From Alphaproteobacteria bacterium (GTDB lineage Bacteria; Pseudomonadota; Alphaproteobacteria; UBA828), in assembly GCA_965214705.1 (NCBI GenBank), contig CBDCCI010000002.1, positions 2,656,001-2,720,000 on the forward strand: a stretch of DNA of 64,000 nucleotides. The letters are read 5' to 3'. Below the pieces are notes generated by a model. The model was not told where the DNA came from, ran no database searches, and saw only the letters and a list, made by a program, of their open reading frames with translations. Shown one piece after another: positions 28,142-38,791 of the stretch; position 1 is the stretch's first letter; every line of letters starts with the position of its first letter. Position numbers and translations under genes: made by a program.

Positions 28142-28857
28142 AGGGTCATGGCACCACCACCCGCCTGCTGATGATCGAGGACGACCGCGCACTCGCCGAG
28201 ATGGTCGCGACCTATCTAGGCCGCGCTGGCATGACCCTCGATCATCGGGAGGGCGCCGAGGCGGGCCTCGCTGCCGCCCTCCAGGGCGGCTACGACGCCG
28301 TCGTGCTCGACCTGATGCTGCCCGACGGCGACGGGCTGGAGATCTGCCGGGCGATCCGCGCCCGCTCCGACGTGCCGATCCTCATGCTGACGGCGCGGGG
28401 CGAGGAGGCCGACCGCATCGTGGGCCTGGAGATCGGCGCCGACGACTACCTGCCCAAGCCCTTCAACCCGCGCGAGCTGCTGGCCCGCCTGCGCGCCATC
28501 CTGCGCCGCCGCACCCCAGGCAGCCGGGCCAGGCCGGGCGAGACACTGCGCTTCGGCCGTCTCGTCATCGACCGCGCAGCGCGGCGTGTGCTGGTCGACG
28601 ACGAGGAACGGTCGCTGACCGGCCACCAATTCGACCTGCTCTGCGCATTGGCCGAGAGCGCCGGCCGCGTGCTCAGCCGCGAGCAACTCATGGACCGGGT
28701 GCGGGGCGAATCGCTCGAGGCCTTCGACCGCAGCATCGACGTGCATATCTCGCGCATCCGCGCGGCGATCGAGGATGACCCCAAGAACCCGCGCCGCATC
28801 GTCACCTTGCGGGGCGCCGGCTATCTCTTCACCCGCAGCCAGGACGACGACGCGTGA
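28138..28857 (+). CDS. OmpR/CpxR family response regulator
   Basis: IEDD, LDLMLP, LTARG, GADDYLPKPF, DRSIDVHISRIR, TLRGAGY; ATGA overlap with GH3 stop. Confidence 0.93.
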   Translation: MKGHGTTTRLLMIEDDRALAEMVATYLGRAGMTLDHREGAEAGLAAALQGGYDAVVLDLMLPDGDGLEICRAIRARSDVPILMLTARGEEADRIVGLEIGADDYLPKPFNPRELLARLRAILRRRTPGSRARPGETLRFGRLVIDRAARRVLVDDEERSLTGHQFDLLCALAESAGRVLSREQLMDRVRGESLEAFDRSIDVHISRIRAAIEDDPKNPRRIVTLRGAGYLFTRSQDDDA

Positions 28858-30122
28858 GACGGCGCCTCTTCCTGCAGATCTACTTGACGATGCTCGGCAT
28901 CGTCGTGCTGTTCGTCGTGCTGGTCTTTGTCGGCTGGTGGCTCAGCCGCGACGACAGCCCGAGGACGGGACTCCGCCAGGGTATCGGCGCGCTGGTAGCA
29001 GAAGCACTGCCGCCGCCCGGCGCGTCTCCGTCCGAGATCGATGCCGTGCTGGACCGGCTGAGCGAGCATGTGGCGGGCCGCATCAGCGTCTTCGGGCCGG
29101 AGGGCGACTTGCTCGCAAGCCTGGGCCCGCCCCTGCCCTTGCCCGAAGAGCGCACCTCCGGCTGGCGCGGCGGACGCAGTCACGGCTTCGGCATGCCGCT
29201 TCCCGACGGGCGCTTCGTGCTCTTTCGCCCCGATCGTGACCGCTCTGGCACGAAGACGATCGGCTTTCTCGCGGCCCTTGCCCTGCTCGCGGTCGTCGTC
29301 GCCGTCGGCGCCTGGCCGCTCGCCCGCCGCCTCGCACGGCGGCTGGAGCGCCTGCAGGCCCGGGTCGAGGCCCTGGGCGCGGGCGATCTCGCCGCCCGGG
29401 TCGATGTCGAGGGCAAGGACGAGATCGCCGCGCTGGCGCGCAGCTTCAACAGTGCGGCCGAGCGCATCCAGGCCCTCGTCGAAGCCCAGCGCGATACCCT
29501 CGCCGCCGCCTCCCATGAGCTGCGCTCCCCCCTCGCCCGCATCCGCATGGCGGTGGAGCTGCTGGCGGAGAACGGCGACCCTGCGCTGCGCCAGCGCGTC
29601 GAGCGCGACATCGAGGACCTCGACGAGCTGATCGAGGAAATACTGCTGGCGAGCCGGCTCAGCACCCTGGAGCGGCCCGCGCATCGGGAGCGAATCGATC
29701 TCCAAGCGCTCGCAGCCGAAGAAGCCGCCCGCGCCGGGGCCGACTTCGCCGGCGGGCCCGCGACAGTGGCGGGCGAAGGCCGGCTGCTCGCCCGCCTGAT
29801 CCGCAACCTGCTTGAGAATGCCGCGCATCACGCCCCTGGCAGCCCGGCTCTGGTCGAGCTGGAGGTGCGGGACGGCCACGCCATCCTGCGCGTGCTCGAC
29901 CGCGGACCCGGCGTGCCGGAAGACGAACGCGAGCGCATCTTCGAGCCCTTCTACCGCCGCGAGGGGCGGCGGGAGGACGAGGACGACGACCGGGGAGTCG
30001 GGCTCGGGCTCAGTCTGGTGCGCCAGATTGCCCGCCGCCACGGCGGCGAAGCGCGCTGCCTCGCGCGCGAAGGCGGCGGCGCCAGCTTCGAGGTCAGCCT
30101 GCGAATTGGAGGGTCAGCGTGA
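28854..30122 (+). CDS. HAMP-domain sensor histidine kinase (CpxA/RstB-like)
   Basis: Two TMs, HAMP (DEIAALARSFN), SHELRSPL, NLLENA, DRGPG, GLGLS. Confidence 0.93.
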   Translation: MRRRLFLQIYLTMLGIVVLFVVLVFVGWWLSRDDSPRTGLRQGIGALVAEALPPPGASPSEIDAVLDRLSEHVAGRISVFGPEGDLLASLGPPLPLPEERTSGWRGGRSHGFGMPLPDGRFVLFRPDRDRSGTKTIGFLAALALLAVVVAVGAWPLARRLARRLERLQARVEALGAGDLAARVDVEGKDEIAALARSFNSAAERIQALVEAQRDTLAAASHELRSPLARIRMAVELLAENGDPALRQRVERDIEDLDELIEEILLASRLSTLERPAHRERIDLQALAAEEAARAGADFAGGPATVAGEGRLLARLIRNLLENAAHHAPGSPALVELEVRDGHAILRVLDRGPGVPEDERERIFEPFYRREGRREDEDDDRGVGLGLSLVRQIARRHGGEARCLAREGGGASFEVSLRIGGSA

Positions 30123-30219
30123 GGCGCGTCGACCGGCAGTTCGAAGCGTTGGACGCGGAACATGCCCCGGCCAGTCGTAACAAAATTGTTGTTGACAGCC
30201 CCACGACACTTGGCATTTC

Positions 30220-30266
30220 ATACCATAGGTTGCGGTATTGTCGCCTTGATGAGCTATATGTCGTTG
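30220..30266 (+). promoter_or_regulatory. Tandem putative NrdR boxes
   Basis: ATACCATAGGTTGCGG (30220-30235) and GAGCTATATGTCGTTG (30251-30266), 31 bp apart, upstream of nrdJ; TTGACA at 30192. Confidence 0.5.
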
Positions 30267-30318
30267 AGGTGGTGGCCGCGCTGTTCTTCGGCTTAGGCCG
30301 GTCATTTGGGGGTAGTCC

Positions 30319-33300
30319 ATGCGCATCCAGCGCCACTATACGACGGACGACGGAGCGTCGCGCGAGGAGGTCGCGTACCGCACGACCTCGTGCGAGATCC
30401 GCAATCCCGACGGCTCGGTGGTGTTCGCGCAGCAGGACGTCGAGGTCCCGGCCGGCTGGTCGCAGGTCGCCTGCGACGTCCTCGCCCAGAAGTATTTCCG
30501 CAAGGCCGGCATCGCGGCCCGACGCAAGCCGGTGCCCGAGGCCGACGTGCCCGAGTGGCTGTGGCGCAGCGAGCCGGATCCGGACGCCGCCCGCGCCGAC
30601 GACGACCGCCCTGCCGGCGGCGAGCGCTCAGCCAGGGAGGTGTTCCACCGCCTCGCCGGCACCTGGACCTACTGGGGCTGGAAGGCTGGCTACTTCGACG
30701 CCGAATCGGACGCCCGCGCCTTCTATGACGAGCTCGTCACCATGCTGGCGCTTCAGGTCGCCGCGCCCAACTCGCCGCAGTGGTTCAACACCGGCCTGAA
30801 CTGGGCCTACGGCATCGACGGCCCGGCCCAGGGCCACTACTACGTCGACCACGAGAGCGGCGACCTGAAGGAGGCCGAGTCGGCCTACGAACACCCCCAG
30901 CCGCACGCCTGCTTCATCCAGAGCATCCAGGACGATCTCGTCAACGAGGGCGGGATCATGGACCTCTGGGTGCGTGAGGCGCGGCTCTTCAAGTACGGCT
31001 CGGGCACGGGCACCAACTTCTCCAACCTGCGCGGCGAGGGCGAGTCGCTCTCCGGCGGGGGCAAGTCCTCCGGCCTGATGAGCTTCCTCAAGATCGGTGA
31101 CCGCGCCGCCGGTGCCATCAAGTCGGGCGGCACCACCCGACGCGCTGCCAAGATGGTCATCGTCGATGTCGACCACCCCGACATCGAAGACTTCGTCTCC
31201 TGGAAGGTGGTGGAGGAGCAGAAGGTCGCGGCGCTGGTCAGTGGATCGCAGTTGCTGCACACCCGCCTCAACGCCATCGTCGATGCCTGCCACGCGGGCA
31301 GCGGCGCCGATCGCTTCGAGCCCAAATCCAACCCGGCGCTCAGCGACGCGGTCCGTGAGGCGCGGAAGGCGCTGGTGCCCGAGACCTGCATCCACCGTGC
31401 GATCCGCTGGGCCGAGCAGGGCTTCACCGAGATCGACTTCCGCATTTACGACACCGACTGGCAGTCCGAGGCCTATCTCACCGTCTCGGGCCAGAACTCA
31501 AACAACTCGATTCGCGTGACTGACGCCTTCCTGCGGCAGGTGGAGGCCGGCGGCACCTGGGATCTGATCCGCCGCACCGACGGCAAGGTGGTGAAGACCA
31601 TCGACGCGAGCGGGCTCTGGGACCAGATTTCGGAGGCGGCCTGGGCCTCGGCCGACCCCGGCATCCAGTTCGACAGCACCATCAACGCTTGGCACACCTG
31701 CCCGGCAGGGGGGCGCATCAACGCGTCCAACCCCTGCTCCGAGTACATGTTCCTCGACGATACCGCGTGCAACCTCGCCTCGCTCAACCTGATCACCTTC
31801 AGGCGCGAGGACGGCAGCTTCGACATCGAGGGCTTCGAGCACGCGGTCAAGCTCTGGACCGTCGTTCTCGAAATCGCGGTGGTGATGGCGCAGTTCCCCT
31901 CACGCGAGATCGCGCTCCGGTCCTATCGCTACCGCACGCTGGGATTGGGCTTCGCCAATCTCGGCGGTCTTCTCATGTCGCTCGGGCTCTCCTACGACAG
32001 CGAGGCGGGCCGGGCGCTTGGCGGTGCCATCAGCGCGCTCATGACGGGCACCTCCTACGCGGCCTCGGCGGAGATGGCCGGCGAGTGCGGTTCCTTCCCC
32101 GCGTTCGACGATAACCGCGACGCCATGCTCCGGGTGATGCGCAACCACCGCGCGGCCGCCCGCGGCGAGACGGGGAAATTCGAAGGCCTCGATATCCGGC
32201 CGGTGCCGCTCGATCACGTCAACCTGCCGGACAAGGCGCTCGGCAAGGCCGCCAAGCGTGCCTGGGACCGGGCCGTGAAGCTCGGCGAGAAGCACGGCTA
32301 TCGCAACGCCCAGGCGACGGTGATCGCGCCCACCGGCACCATCGGGCTGGTCATGGATTGCGACACCACCGGCATCGAGCCCGATTTCGCGCTGGTCAAG
32401 TTCAAGAAGCTCGCCGGCGGCGGCCACTTCAAGATCATCAACGGCACGGTGCCCAAGGCGCTGAAGACTCTTGGCTACACGGCGCCGCAGATTCGCGCAA
32501 TCGTCGCCTACGCCGTCGGCAGCGGTACCCTCAAGGGCGCGCCCGCAATCGACCACGCGGCGCTCGCGCGCAAGGGCTTCACGCCGGCCGCCATCGCGCA
32601 GGTCGAGGGCGCTCTCGATGCCGCCTTCGACCTCAACCTCGCGTTCAATAAGTGGACGCTTGGCGAGGATTTCTGCACCGGCTCGCTCGGCCTCGACGCC
32701 GGCGATCTCGACAGGCCCGACTTCGACTTGCTCGGCACCATCGGCTTCAGCGCGCGCGAGATCGAGGCGGCCACGCTCTACTGCTGCGGCGCCATGACGC
32801 TGGAAGGCGCGCCGCACCTCAAGGACGAGCACCTGCCCGTCTTCGACTGCGCCAATCCCTGCGGGCGCACCGGCTCCAACCGCTGCCTCTCGACCGAGAG
32901 CCACGTGCGCATGATGGCGGCGGCCCAGCCCTTCATCTCCGGCGCGATCTCGAAGACCATCAACCTGCCGATGGACGCCACAGTCGAGGATTGCCGCCGG
33001 GCCTACGAGCTCTCCTGGCGCCTCGGCCTCAAGGCCAACGCGCTTTACCGCGACGGCTCCAAGCTCTCCCAGCCTTTGACGGCGCTCGCGCTCGGCGATG
33101 GGCTCGACGAGGCGGCGGAGGAGGAGACAACCGACGCGCCGCCGGCCGTGGCTAGCCGACCCGATCCGCTCGCCGTGGCCGAACGCATCGTCAAGCAGGT
33201 CATCCGCGAGGGCGACCGGCGGCGCCTGCCCCATCGACGGCGCGGCTACACCCAGAAGGCCATCGTCGGCGGGCACAAGGTCTACCTCAGGACCGGCGAG

Positions 33301-34017
33301 TTCGAGGACGGCGGACTCGGCGAGATCTTCATCGACATGCACAAGGAGGGCGCGTCCTTCCGCAGTCTGATGAACAACTTCGCGATCTCGATTTCCATCG
33401 GGCTGCAGTATGGCGTGCCGCTGGACGAATACGTCGATGCCTTCACCTTCACCCGGTTCGAGCCGGCGGGGATGGTGGTCAACAACGACGCCATCAAGAT
33501 GAGCACGTCGATCCTCGACTATATCTTCCGCGAGCTCGCCATCTCCTATCTCGGGCGCAGCGACCTCGCCCATGCCGAGGCCGAGGACCTGCTGCCGGAC
33601 ACCATCGGCGGCGGCGAGGAGCAGACCGTGCGCGCACCCATGCTGCCCGACAGAGGCGGGCGTGCCGGTGCGAACGGCGGCACTGACGACCCGGTGAGCG
33701 CCGGCTACGTGCGCTCCAACCTGCTGGTGCTCAACGGCGGTGCCGGCGGCGCGGGCGACGACGAGGCCGGCCGGGCAACCGCCCGCCGCGCGGGCACGGC
33801 GCACGACGCCGAGGTTGCAGCGGTGCAGCCCCGGCACGAGCGGCGGAGCGAAGCTGCGGCGAGCGGTGCGGCGACGGGCGGCCGCGCGCCCCAAACCCAA
33901 GCGCGTGGCAAGGGTTACGAGGGCGAGGCCTGCGGCGATTGCGGAAATTTCACGCTGGTCCGTAACGGGACCTGCATGAAGTGTGTGACTTGTGGCGCTA
34001 CCAGTGGTTGTTCCTGA
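30319..34017 (+). CDS. nrdJ: Class II (B12-dependent) ribonucleotide reductase
   Basis: [55 protein letters not shown]-like domain, C-terminal CxxC..CxxC. Confidence 0.96.
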   Translation: MRIQRHYTTDDGASREEVAYRTTSCEIRNPDGSVVFAQQDVEVPAGWSQVACDVLAQKYFRKAGIAARRKPVPEADVPEWLWRSEPDPDAARADDDRPAGGERSAREVFHRLAGTWTYWGWKAGYFDAESDARAFYDELVTMLALQVAAPNSPQWFNTGLNWAYGIDGPAQGHYYVDHESGDLKEAESAYEHPQPHACFIQSIQDDLVNEGGIMDLWVREARLFKYGSGTGTNFSNLRGEGESLSGGGKSSGLMSFLKIGDRAAGAIKSGGTTRRAAKMVIVDVDHPDIEDFVSWKVVEEQKVAALVSGSQLLHTRLNAIVDACHAGSGADRFEPKSNPALSDAVREARKALVPETCIHRAIRWAEQGFTEIDFRIYDTDWQSEAYLTVSGQNSNNSIRVTDAFLRQVEAGGTWDLIRRTDGKVVKTIDASGLWDQISEAAWASADPGIQFDSTINAWHTCPAGGRINASNPCSEYMFLDDTACNLASLNLITFRREDGSFDIEGFEHAVKLWTVVLEIAVVMAQFPSREIALRSYRYRTLGLGFANLGGLLMSLGLSYDSEAGRALGGAISALMTGTSYAASAEMAGECGSFPAFDDNRDAMLRVMRNHRAAARGETGKFEGLDIRPVPLDHVNLPDKALGKAAKRAWDRAVKLGEKHGYRNAQATVIAPTGTIGLVMDCDTTGIEPDFALVKFKKLAGGGHFKIINGTVPKALKTLGYTAPQIRAIVAYAVGSGTLKGAPAIDHAALARKGFTPAAIAQVEGALDAAFDLNLAFNKWTLGEDFCTGSLGLDAGDLDRPDFDLLGTIGFSAREIEAATLYCCGAMTLEGAPHLKDEHLPVFDCANPCGRTGSNRCLSTESHVRMMAAAQPFISGAISKTINLPMDATVEDCRRAYELSWRLGLKANALYRDGSKLSQPLTALALGDGLDEAAEEETTDAPPAVASRPDPLAVAERIVKQVIREGDRRRLPHRRRGYTQKAIVGGHKVYLRTGEFEDGGLGEIFIDMHKEGASFRSLMNNFAISISIGLQYGVPLDEYVDAFTFTRFEPAGMVVNNDAIKMSTSILDYIFRELAISYLGRSDLAHAEAEDLLPDTIGGGEEQTVRAPMLPDRGGRAGANGGTDDPVSAGYVRSNLLVLNGGAGGAGDDEAGRATARRAGTAHDAEVAAVQPRHERRSEAAASGAATGGRAPQTQARGKGYEGEACGDCGNFTLVRNGTCMKCVTCGATSGCS

Positions 34018-34055
34018 CGACCGTCCATCTCCCGCGGTCATGAACCACTGGCACT

Positions 34056-34088
34056 GGGGAGTGCGTGCAATGCGCACTCCCCTTCTTT
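34056..34088 (+). terminator. Rho-independent terminator after nrdJ
   Basis: GGGGAGTGCG..CGCACTCCCC stem followed by TTCTTT. Confidence 0.7.
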
Positions 34089-34212
34089 CCCCGCCTATTG
34101 CAGCGCCCTTTGCCGGAGCCGTCAAGCGGCCTGAGTGACAACGATATATCAGAATTGAACACCGAAGCAGTCGGCGGCGGCACCATTAGGAGGCTTGAGC
34201 AGAGGCACACCG

Positions 34213-35121
34213 ATGAGCGTCACCAAGAGACTCGGCTTGCTAGGCACCTTGGCTGTGGCTCTGGTGCTGGGCCTCGCGGCGTGTCAGACGTCGGGAACGA
34301 TGACCTCGCTCGTCACCGACACGGGAGAAGAGACGTTCACATCCTGGCTCGCCAAGCCCGACGGCGAGGGCCCCTTCCCCGCCGTCGTCCTGATGCACGG
34401 CTGCAGCGGGACCGAGAGGAACACATCGCATCAAACGGTATGGCGGGGCTTGAACCGTCATGTCGCGCGGCTGAACGATTACGGCTACGTCACGCTCATC
34501 GTCGACAGCTTCGGGCCGCGCCGCATCACCGATGGCTGCCAGACCGGCGGCAAGTACTACCCCGTACAACTAAGCGACGCCCATGCCGCCTTCGACCATC
34601 TGGCATCGCTGTCGTTCGTGGACGCAGAACGAATTGGCTTTGCAGGTTGGTCTCTCGGCGGCGGCACTGCGCTGCGTCTGGCTGCGGAGGGTTTCGGCAG
34701 AGTGACATCGGGTTACAGCGCAGTCGTTGCCTACTATCCCTATTGTAGCGACTACTTCTTCACCTTCGATCTTCCGGTCTTGATCCTGATCGGCGCCGAT
34801 GATGACTGGACGCCGGCGCGGCTATGCAGGGCAATCGCGAAGCGCGCTCCCGAGCACATCGATTTGACGGTGTATCCCGATACCCACCATTCCTTCGACC
34901 TACCAATGGGCGGGCCCTACTATATCGAGGGTGCAAACGGCGAGTTCCACAGGACCCAAGGGAATGACAAGGCGTATCGGGATGCGCAGGCGCGCATGCT
35001 GGCCTTCTTCGCGAAACACCTTGGCGGGCCGTATCCGGCCACGGCCAGCGCGGGAGTCGACGCCGCAGGTCACTCGGGCTTTGGAAACATCTTGCGTGCC
35101 GCCTTCGCGCTGAACGATTAG
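34213..35121 (+). CDS. Dienelactone hydrolase family lipoprotein
   Basis: Lipobox LAAC; GPFPAVVLMHGCSG, GWSLGG, YYPYC, IGADDDWTP, HHSFD. Confidence 0.82.
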   Translation: MSVTKRLGLLGTLAVALVLGLAACQTSGTMTSLVTDTGEETFTSWLAKPDGEGPFPAVVLMHGCSGTERNTSHQTVWRGLNRHVARLNDYGYVTLIVDSFGPRRITDGCQTGGKYYPVQLSDAHAAFDHLASLSFVDAERIGFAGWSLGGGTALRLAAEGFGRVTSGYSAVVAYYPYCSDYFFTFDLPVLILIGADDDWTPARLCRAIAKRAPEHIDLTVYPDTHHSFDLPMGGPYYIEGANGEFHRTQGNDKAYRDAQARMLAFFAKHLGGPYPATASAGVDAAGHSGFGNILRAAFALND

Positions 35122-35192
35122 TCTCTCGGCCCGACCGGCCGGGACCCGCCCGTCCCACGCCTCGACCGCACCCATCACGGCAAGAGGGAACG

Positions 35193-35894
35193 ATGACGCC
35201 GAGCGCCTTCCGCGCCTTCACCTTCGATTGCTACGGCACTCTGATCGACTGGGAGCAGGGCATGCTTCGGGCACTGCGCACGCTCGCAGGAATCGATGCC
35301 GACGACGAGGCACTGCTCGCCGCCTTCGCCCGGCACGAGCACACGATCCAGGAACAGAACCCGGCCTTGCGCTACCCCGAGGTGTTGAGTCGTGCCTGCA
35401 AGGCGATCGCGGCCGACTTCGGCCATGCTGCGACCGATGAACAGGCCGCCGCCTTCGGTGCCTCGATCGCCGACTGGCCGCCTTTTCCCGATTCAGTCGA
35501 GGCCCTCGCCTACCTGCGCGAGCACGGCTTGCTGATGGTGCTCTCGAACGTGGACCGCGCGTCCTTCGCCGTGAGCGCCCGGCGCCTGGGCGATCCCTTC
35601 CACGCCGTCGTCACAGCCGAGGATGTGGGGAGCTACAAGCCCGCGCCCGCGCACTTCGAGCGCGCCAAGGCGCTGCTCGCGGACGAAGGGATCGCGCCCG
35701 GCGAGGTGCTCCACGTGGCTCAGAGCCTGTTCCACGACGTGCAGCCCGGCCGCGGCGCGGGCTTTTCCACCTGCTGGATCGATCGCCGCGCAGGCCGCCC
35801 CGGTGGTGCCACGCCGCCGGTGGACGTGGAGCCGGACATCACCTTCACCGACCTCGCCTCCCTCGCCGCCTGGCACCGCGCGGGCGGCGCCTGA
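35193..35894 (+). CDS. Haloacid dehalogenase type II (HAD family)
   Basis: FDCYGTLIDWE, LSNVD, SYKP, HVAQSLFHD. Confidence 0.88.
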   Translation: MTPSAFRAFTFDCYGTLIDWEQGMLRALRTLAGIDADDEALLAAFARHEHTIQEQNPALRYPEVLSRACKAIAADFGHAATDEQAAAFGASIADWPPFPDSVEALAYLREHGLLMVLSNVDRASFAVSARRLGDPFHAVVTAEDVGSYKPAPAHFERAKALLADEGIAPGEVLHVAQSLFHDVQPGRGAGFSTCWIDRRAGRPGGATPPVDVEPDITFTDLASLAAWHRAGGA

Positions 35895-35929
35895 GCAGAC
35901 CGCGGTGCTGGGCGGCCGCGACGACGCCC

Positions 35930-36304
35930 CTACTCGTGCACGTCGAAGCGGAAGGACTTGGAGACGATCTTCCAGTCGCCGTCGATCTTGACGAGGCTCA
36001 GGAAGTCGGTGAAGTAGCGCGGATGGATCGCGCACTCGCAGGTCACGACGGCGGTGTTCTCGTCCGACATGTCGATGGAGAGGATCTTGTCGAAGCGCGC
36101 CTGCCCCGTCGACGCCGGCGGCACGCGGCCCCTCACGATTTCGAACCACTCCTCGCGCGGCCAGTCGACGAACTTGCCGTCCATGTTCGCGAAGAGGCGG
36201 CTGGACGGGTGAAAGATCGTGGCGAGCTTCTCGGTGTCGCACTCGTAAAGCCCGTCGAAATAGACCTGCACCACATCGGTAATCTCTTGGTAGCTGTTGC
36301 TCAT
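35930..36304 (-). CDS. NTF2-like (lumazine-binding/SnoaL-like) protein
   Basis: YFDGLY..D...L..IFHP, FTDFLSL.K.DG.W.IVSK.F. Confidence 0.8.
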   Translation of the reverse strand: MSNSYQEITDVVQVYFDGLYECDTEKLATIFHPSSRLFANMDGKFVDWPREEWFEIVRGRVPPASTGQARFDKILSIDMSDENTAVVTCECAIHPRYFTDFLSLVKIDGDWKIVSKSFRFDVHE

Positions 36305-36501
36305 TCGTGCTCCCTCCCGGTCCCTTGCGGCCCCTCGGCCGATTCCGCCGGCCACGGACCCCGTATAGGCTTTTCTCCCGGCCCACAAGAGCCGCATCGC
36401 CGGCGCCGAGCTTGATCCCCGGGCGGGCCGGCGTGCTACCGTCACACTCTGCGACAGCGAGGACCGACCGGAGGCCGCGCCGGAGCGCGGGAGGGAGACC
36501 G

Positions 36502-37692
36502 ATGAAGACGGTCGTGCGGAACAAGCAGTGGGCGGAGAAGTATCCCGACCTCGGGACCGAGCCGGTGCCCACCGAGCCCTACTACTCGGATGAACACCAC
36601 GCCCTCGAGCGCGAGCGCATCTTCCGCCGGTGCTGGATCAATGTGGGCCGCGTGGACGAAATCCCCGAGCCGGGCGATTACTTCGTGCGCGACATCGCCA
36701 TCTGCAAGACCTCCGTGCTGATCATCCGGGGCTCGGACGGTGTCGTGCGCGGCTTCCACAACGTCTGCTCGCATCGCGGCAACAGGCTGATTCTGGACGA
36801 ACGCGGCTCGTGCCCCGGCAGCGTCTACTGCCACTTCCACAACTGGGTCTACAGCGACACGGGCGAGTTAATCCGCGTGCCCGACGAGGAGAACTTCTTC
36901 GACCTCGACAAGCGCGACCACGGGCTCACCCCGGTCAACACGGATTTCTGGGAGGGCTTCGTCTTCGTCCACCTTGAACCGGAACCTGCGGAGACGCTGC
37001 GGCAATATCTCGGCGGCGTCGCCGACCAACTCGACGGCTGCCCGTTCCACGAGATGAGATTGATGCAGACCTACAAGGTGGAGGAGCAAGCCAACTGGAA
37101 GGTGGCGCTCGACGCGCAGAACGAACTCTATCACCTGCCGTTCCAGCACCGCCTGATCGTGGGTGATGCCTTCGTTAAGAACGACAAGGGCCTCATTCGC
37201 TTCCAGGACGTCAATCTCTACAACTATCACAGCGTCTGGTCGTGCGAGAACAACCCGACCCGCGCACTGCCACCGCTGGAGAGCATGCTGTTCGACGGCG
37301 ACGACGGGGCTCCCGTGATCCGCATCCCGCAGATGATTGGCGAGTTCGACTTCTTCGTGGTGTTCCCGAACTTCGTGCTGCTGCTGTTCGATGTCGGCAA
37401 TTCGACGAGCTACATCAGCTACAATTTCTGGCCGCTCGCCGTGGACCGAACGATCTGGGAGATCCGCATGCACTTCAGGGAACCCAGGTCCACGCGTGAA
37501 CGGCTGCAGCAGGAGTATTTCAAGTGCATCATTCGCGATGCGCTGCAAGAGGACGCATTCGCGCACGAGAACATTCATGCGGGTCTCGCCTCGCGCGCGA
37601 AGTCGCACGTGATCCTGCAAGACGAAGAGGCGCCGATCCGCTACTTCCACAAGGTTCTGGAGGATTACTGCGGGTTCTACCGGAACGCGTGA
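36502..37692 (+). CDS. Rieske non-heme iron oxygenase alpha subunit
   Basis: NVCSHRG...CHFHNW Rieske ligands; NWK...D...E.YH....H and QED mononuclear Fe motifs. Confidence 0.92.
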   Translation: MKTVVRNKQWAEKYPDLGTEPVPTEPYYSDEHHALERERIFRRCWINVGRVDEIPEPGDYFVRDIAICKTSVLIIRGSDGVVRGFHNVCSHRGNRLILDERGSCPGSVYCHFHNWVYSDTGELIRVPDEENFFDLDKRDHGLTPVNTDFWEGFVFVHLEPEPAETLRQYLGGVADQLDGCPFHEMRLMQTYKVEEQANWKVALDAQNELYHLPFQHRLIVGDAFVKNDKGLIRFQDVNLYNYHSVWSCENNPTRALPPLESMLFDGDDGAPVIRIPQMIGEFDFFVVFPNFVLLLFDVGNSTSYISYNFWPLAVDRTIWEIRMHFREPRSTRERLQQEYFKCIIRDALQEDAFAHENIHAGLASRAKSHVILQDEEAPIRYFHKVLEDYCGFYRNA

Positions 37693-37723
37693 GGAGCGCG
37701 GGCGGAAGGAAGGAACGCGCACG

Positions 37724-38047
37724 ATGGCCGACGCTGCGTTGCCGGACGGGTTCGAGGACCTCGCACCTTGGCTCGACTGGGCGCTGGAGCCCGAGCGCGC
37801 GCGCACGGCGAAGAAAACCGAGTCCTCGATGGAGGAGCTCCGCGCCTTCTACGACGCGATGATGCCGCGCATGGAGGAGATCATCGCCTACCTGGATGGC
37901 GTTCCTGGCGACGACAGGCCGGCGCCGGCGCACCGCCTCTACCTGATCACCCTCTCACTCGTCGAAGTCGCCAACCTGGCGGAGATTTACAAGCGTCGCG
38001 AGGTCATCGAGGCCTGCGACCCGCTGCACTTCAACCCTCAGCACTGA
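37724..38047 (+). CDS. Small conserved hypothetical protein accompanying the Rieske oxygenase
   Basis: LP.GF.DL.PW.DWAL..E..R..K...SSMEEL.AFYDA; GGAAGGA RBS, 31 bp after the oxygenase. Confidence 0.7.
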   Translation: MADAALPDGFEDLAPWLDWALEPERARTAKKTESSMEELRAFYDAMMPRMEEIIAYLDGVPGDDRPAPAHRLYLITLSLVEVANLAEIYKRREVIEACDPLHFNPQH

Positions 38048-38068
38048 GGGGAAGTGCTTCCGTCTCGA

Positions 38069-38467
38069 TCAATCGAGCAAGCGAGCCTGCAACCACTCGG
38101 CAAGTTCAGCCTCACCGGCGCGGCCGGCCGCGACGCTCTCCATTATGCGGATCGCTTCCAAATGATCGAAGACGAGGCGGTAATCGTTATCCAGCAAAAA
38201 TAGGCGCCCGACGACCCAGGCCACTCGTTTGTTGCCGTCGACGAACCCGTGATTCTTGGCCAACCCATACATGTAGGTGGCGGCCAGCGCGGCGGCATCG
38301 GGATCGTCGTACGCCGCGAGATTCACCGGGCGGGCTAAGGCCGACTCGATTGCTCCAAGATCGCGTATGCCGCCTGAGCCGCCGTGCTCGGCAATTTGAC
38401 GGTCATGGATGGCCAAGACAACATTCAGACCGATCCAGTTCCAAGAATCATGACCTTCTGCGCTCAC
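38069..38467 (-). CDS. doc: Death-on-curing (Doc/Fic) toxin
   Basis: HGG..GIRD.G..ESALARP, NHGFVDGNKR. Confidence 0.92.
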   Translation of the reverse strand: MSAEGHDSWNWIGLNVVLAIHDRQIAEHGGSGGIRDLGAIESALARPVNLAAYDDPDAAALAATYMYGLAKNHGFVDGNKRVAWVVGRLFLLDNDYRLVFDHLEAIRIMESVAAGRAGEAELAEWLQARLLD

Positions 38468-38691
38468 TTCGCGAGCGCCCGCAGCACCTCGCGGTCGTCG
38501 TGCATGATCTCTTCGGCAAGCGCCATCTGGCGCGCGAAGTCAGGGTCGTACGGGGTTAGCCGGTAGCCGCCGTCCGGCGCTTCGGTCAGATAGAGCGTAT
38601 CGCCCTTCTTCACGCGAAGGCGCGCCATCGCCTCCTTGGTGAGGATGACGCCAGACGATGCACCGACGGTGGTGATCTTGAAGGAGAGCAC
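38464..38691 (-). CDS. AbrB/MazE-type antitoxin
   Basis: KIT.VG.S.GVIL.KE...L.V.KGD.LYLTE...LTPYDPDF..QM; overlaps doc start. Confidence 0.88.
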   Translation of the reverse strand: MLSFKITTVGASSGVILTKEAMARLRVKKGDTLYLTEAPDGGYRLTPYDPDFARQMALAEEIMHDDREVLRALAK

Positions 38692-38700
38692 AGGAAACCT

Positions 38701-38730
38701 CCATCTATATAATCATCATTATATAGATGG
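38701..38730. promoter_or_regulatory. Palindromic operator of the TA operon
   Basis: CCATCTATATAAT-catc-ATTATATAGATGG, perfect 13-bp arms immediately upstream of the antitoxin. Confidence 0.75.
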
Positions 38731-38791
38731 GCTGAGGAAATCTACAAGTGAATAACCGCCCAGGTGGCACGCCGCCGGGACAAATGAGCCT

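Noticed and set aside
31900-34125. 741-aa minus-strand ORF
   Set aside because: Antisense to nrdJ; shadow frame
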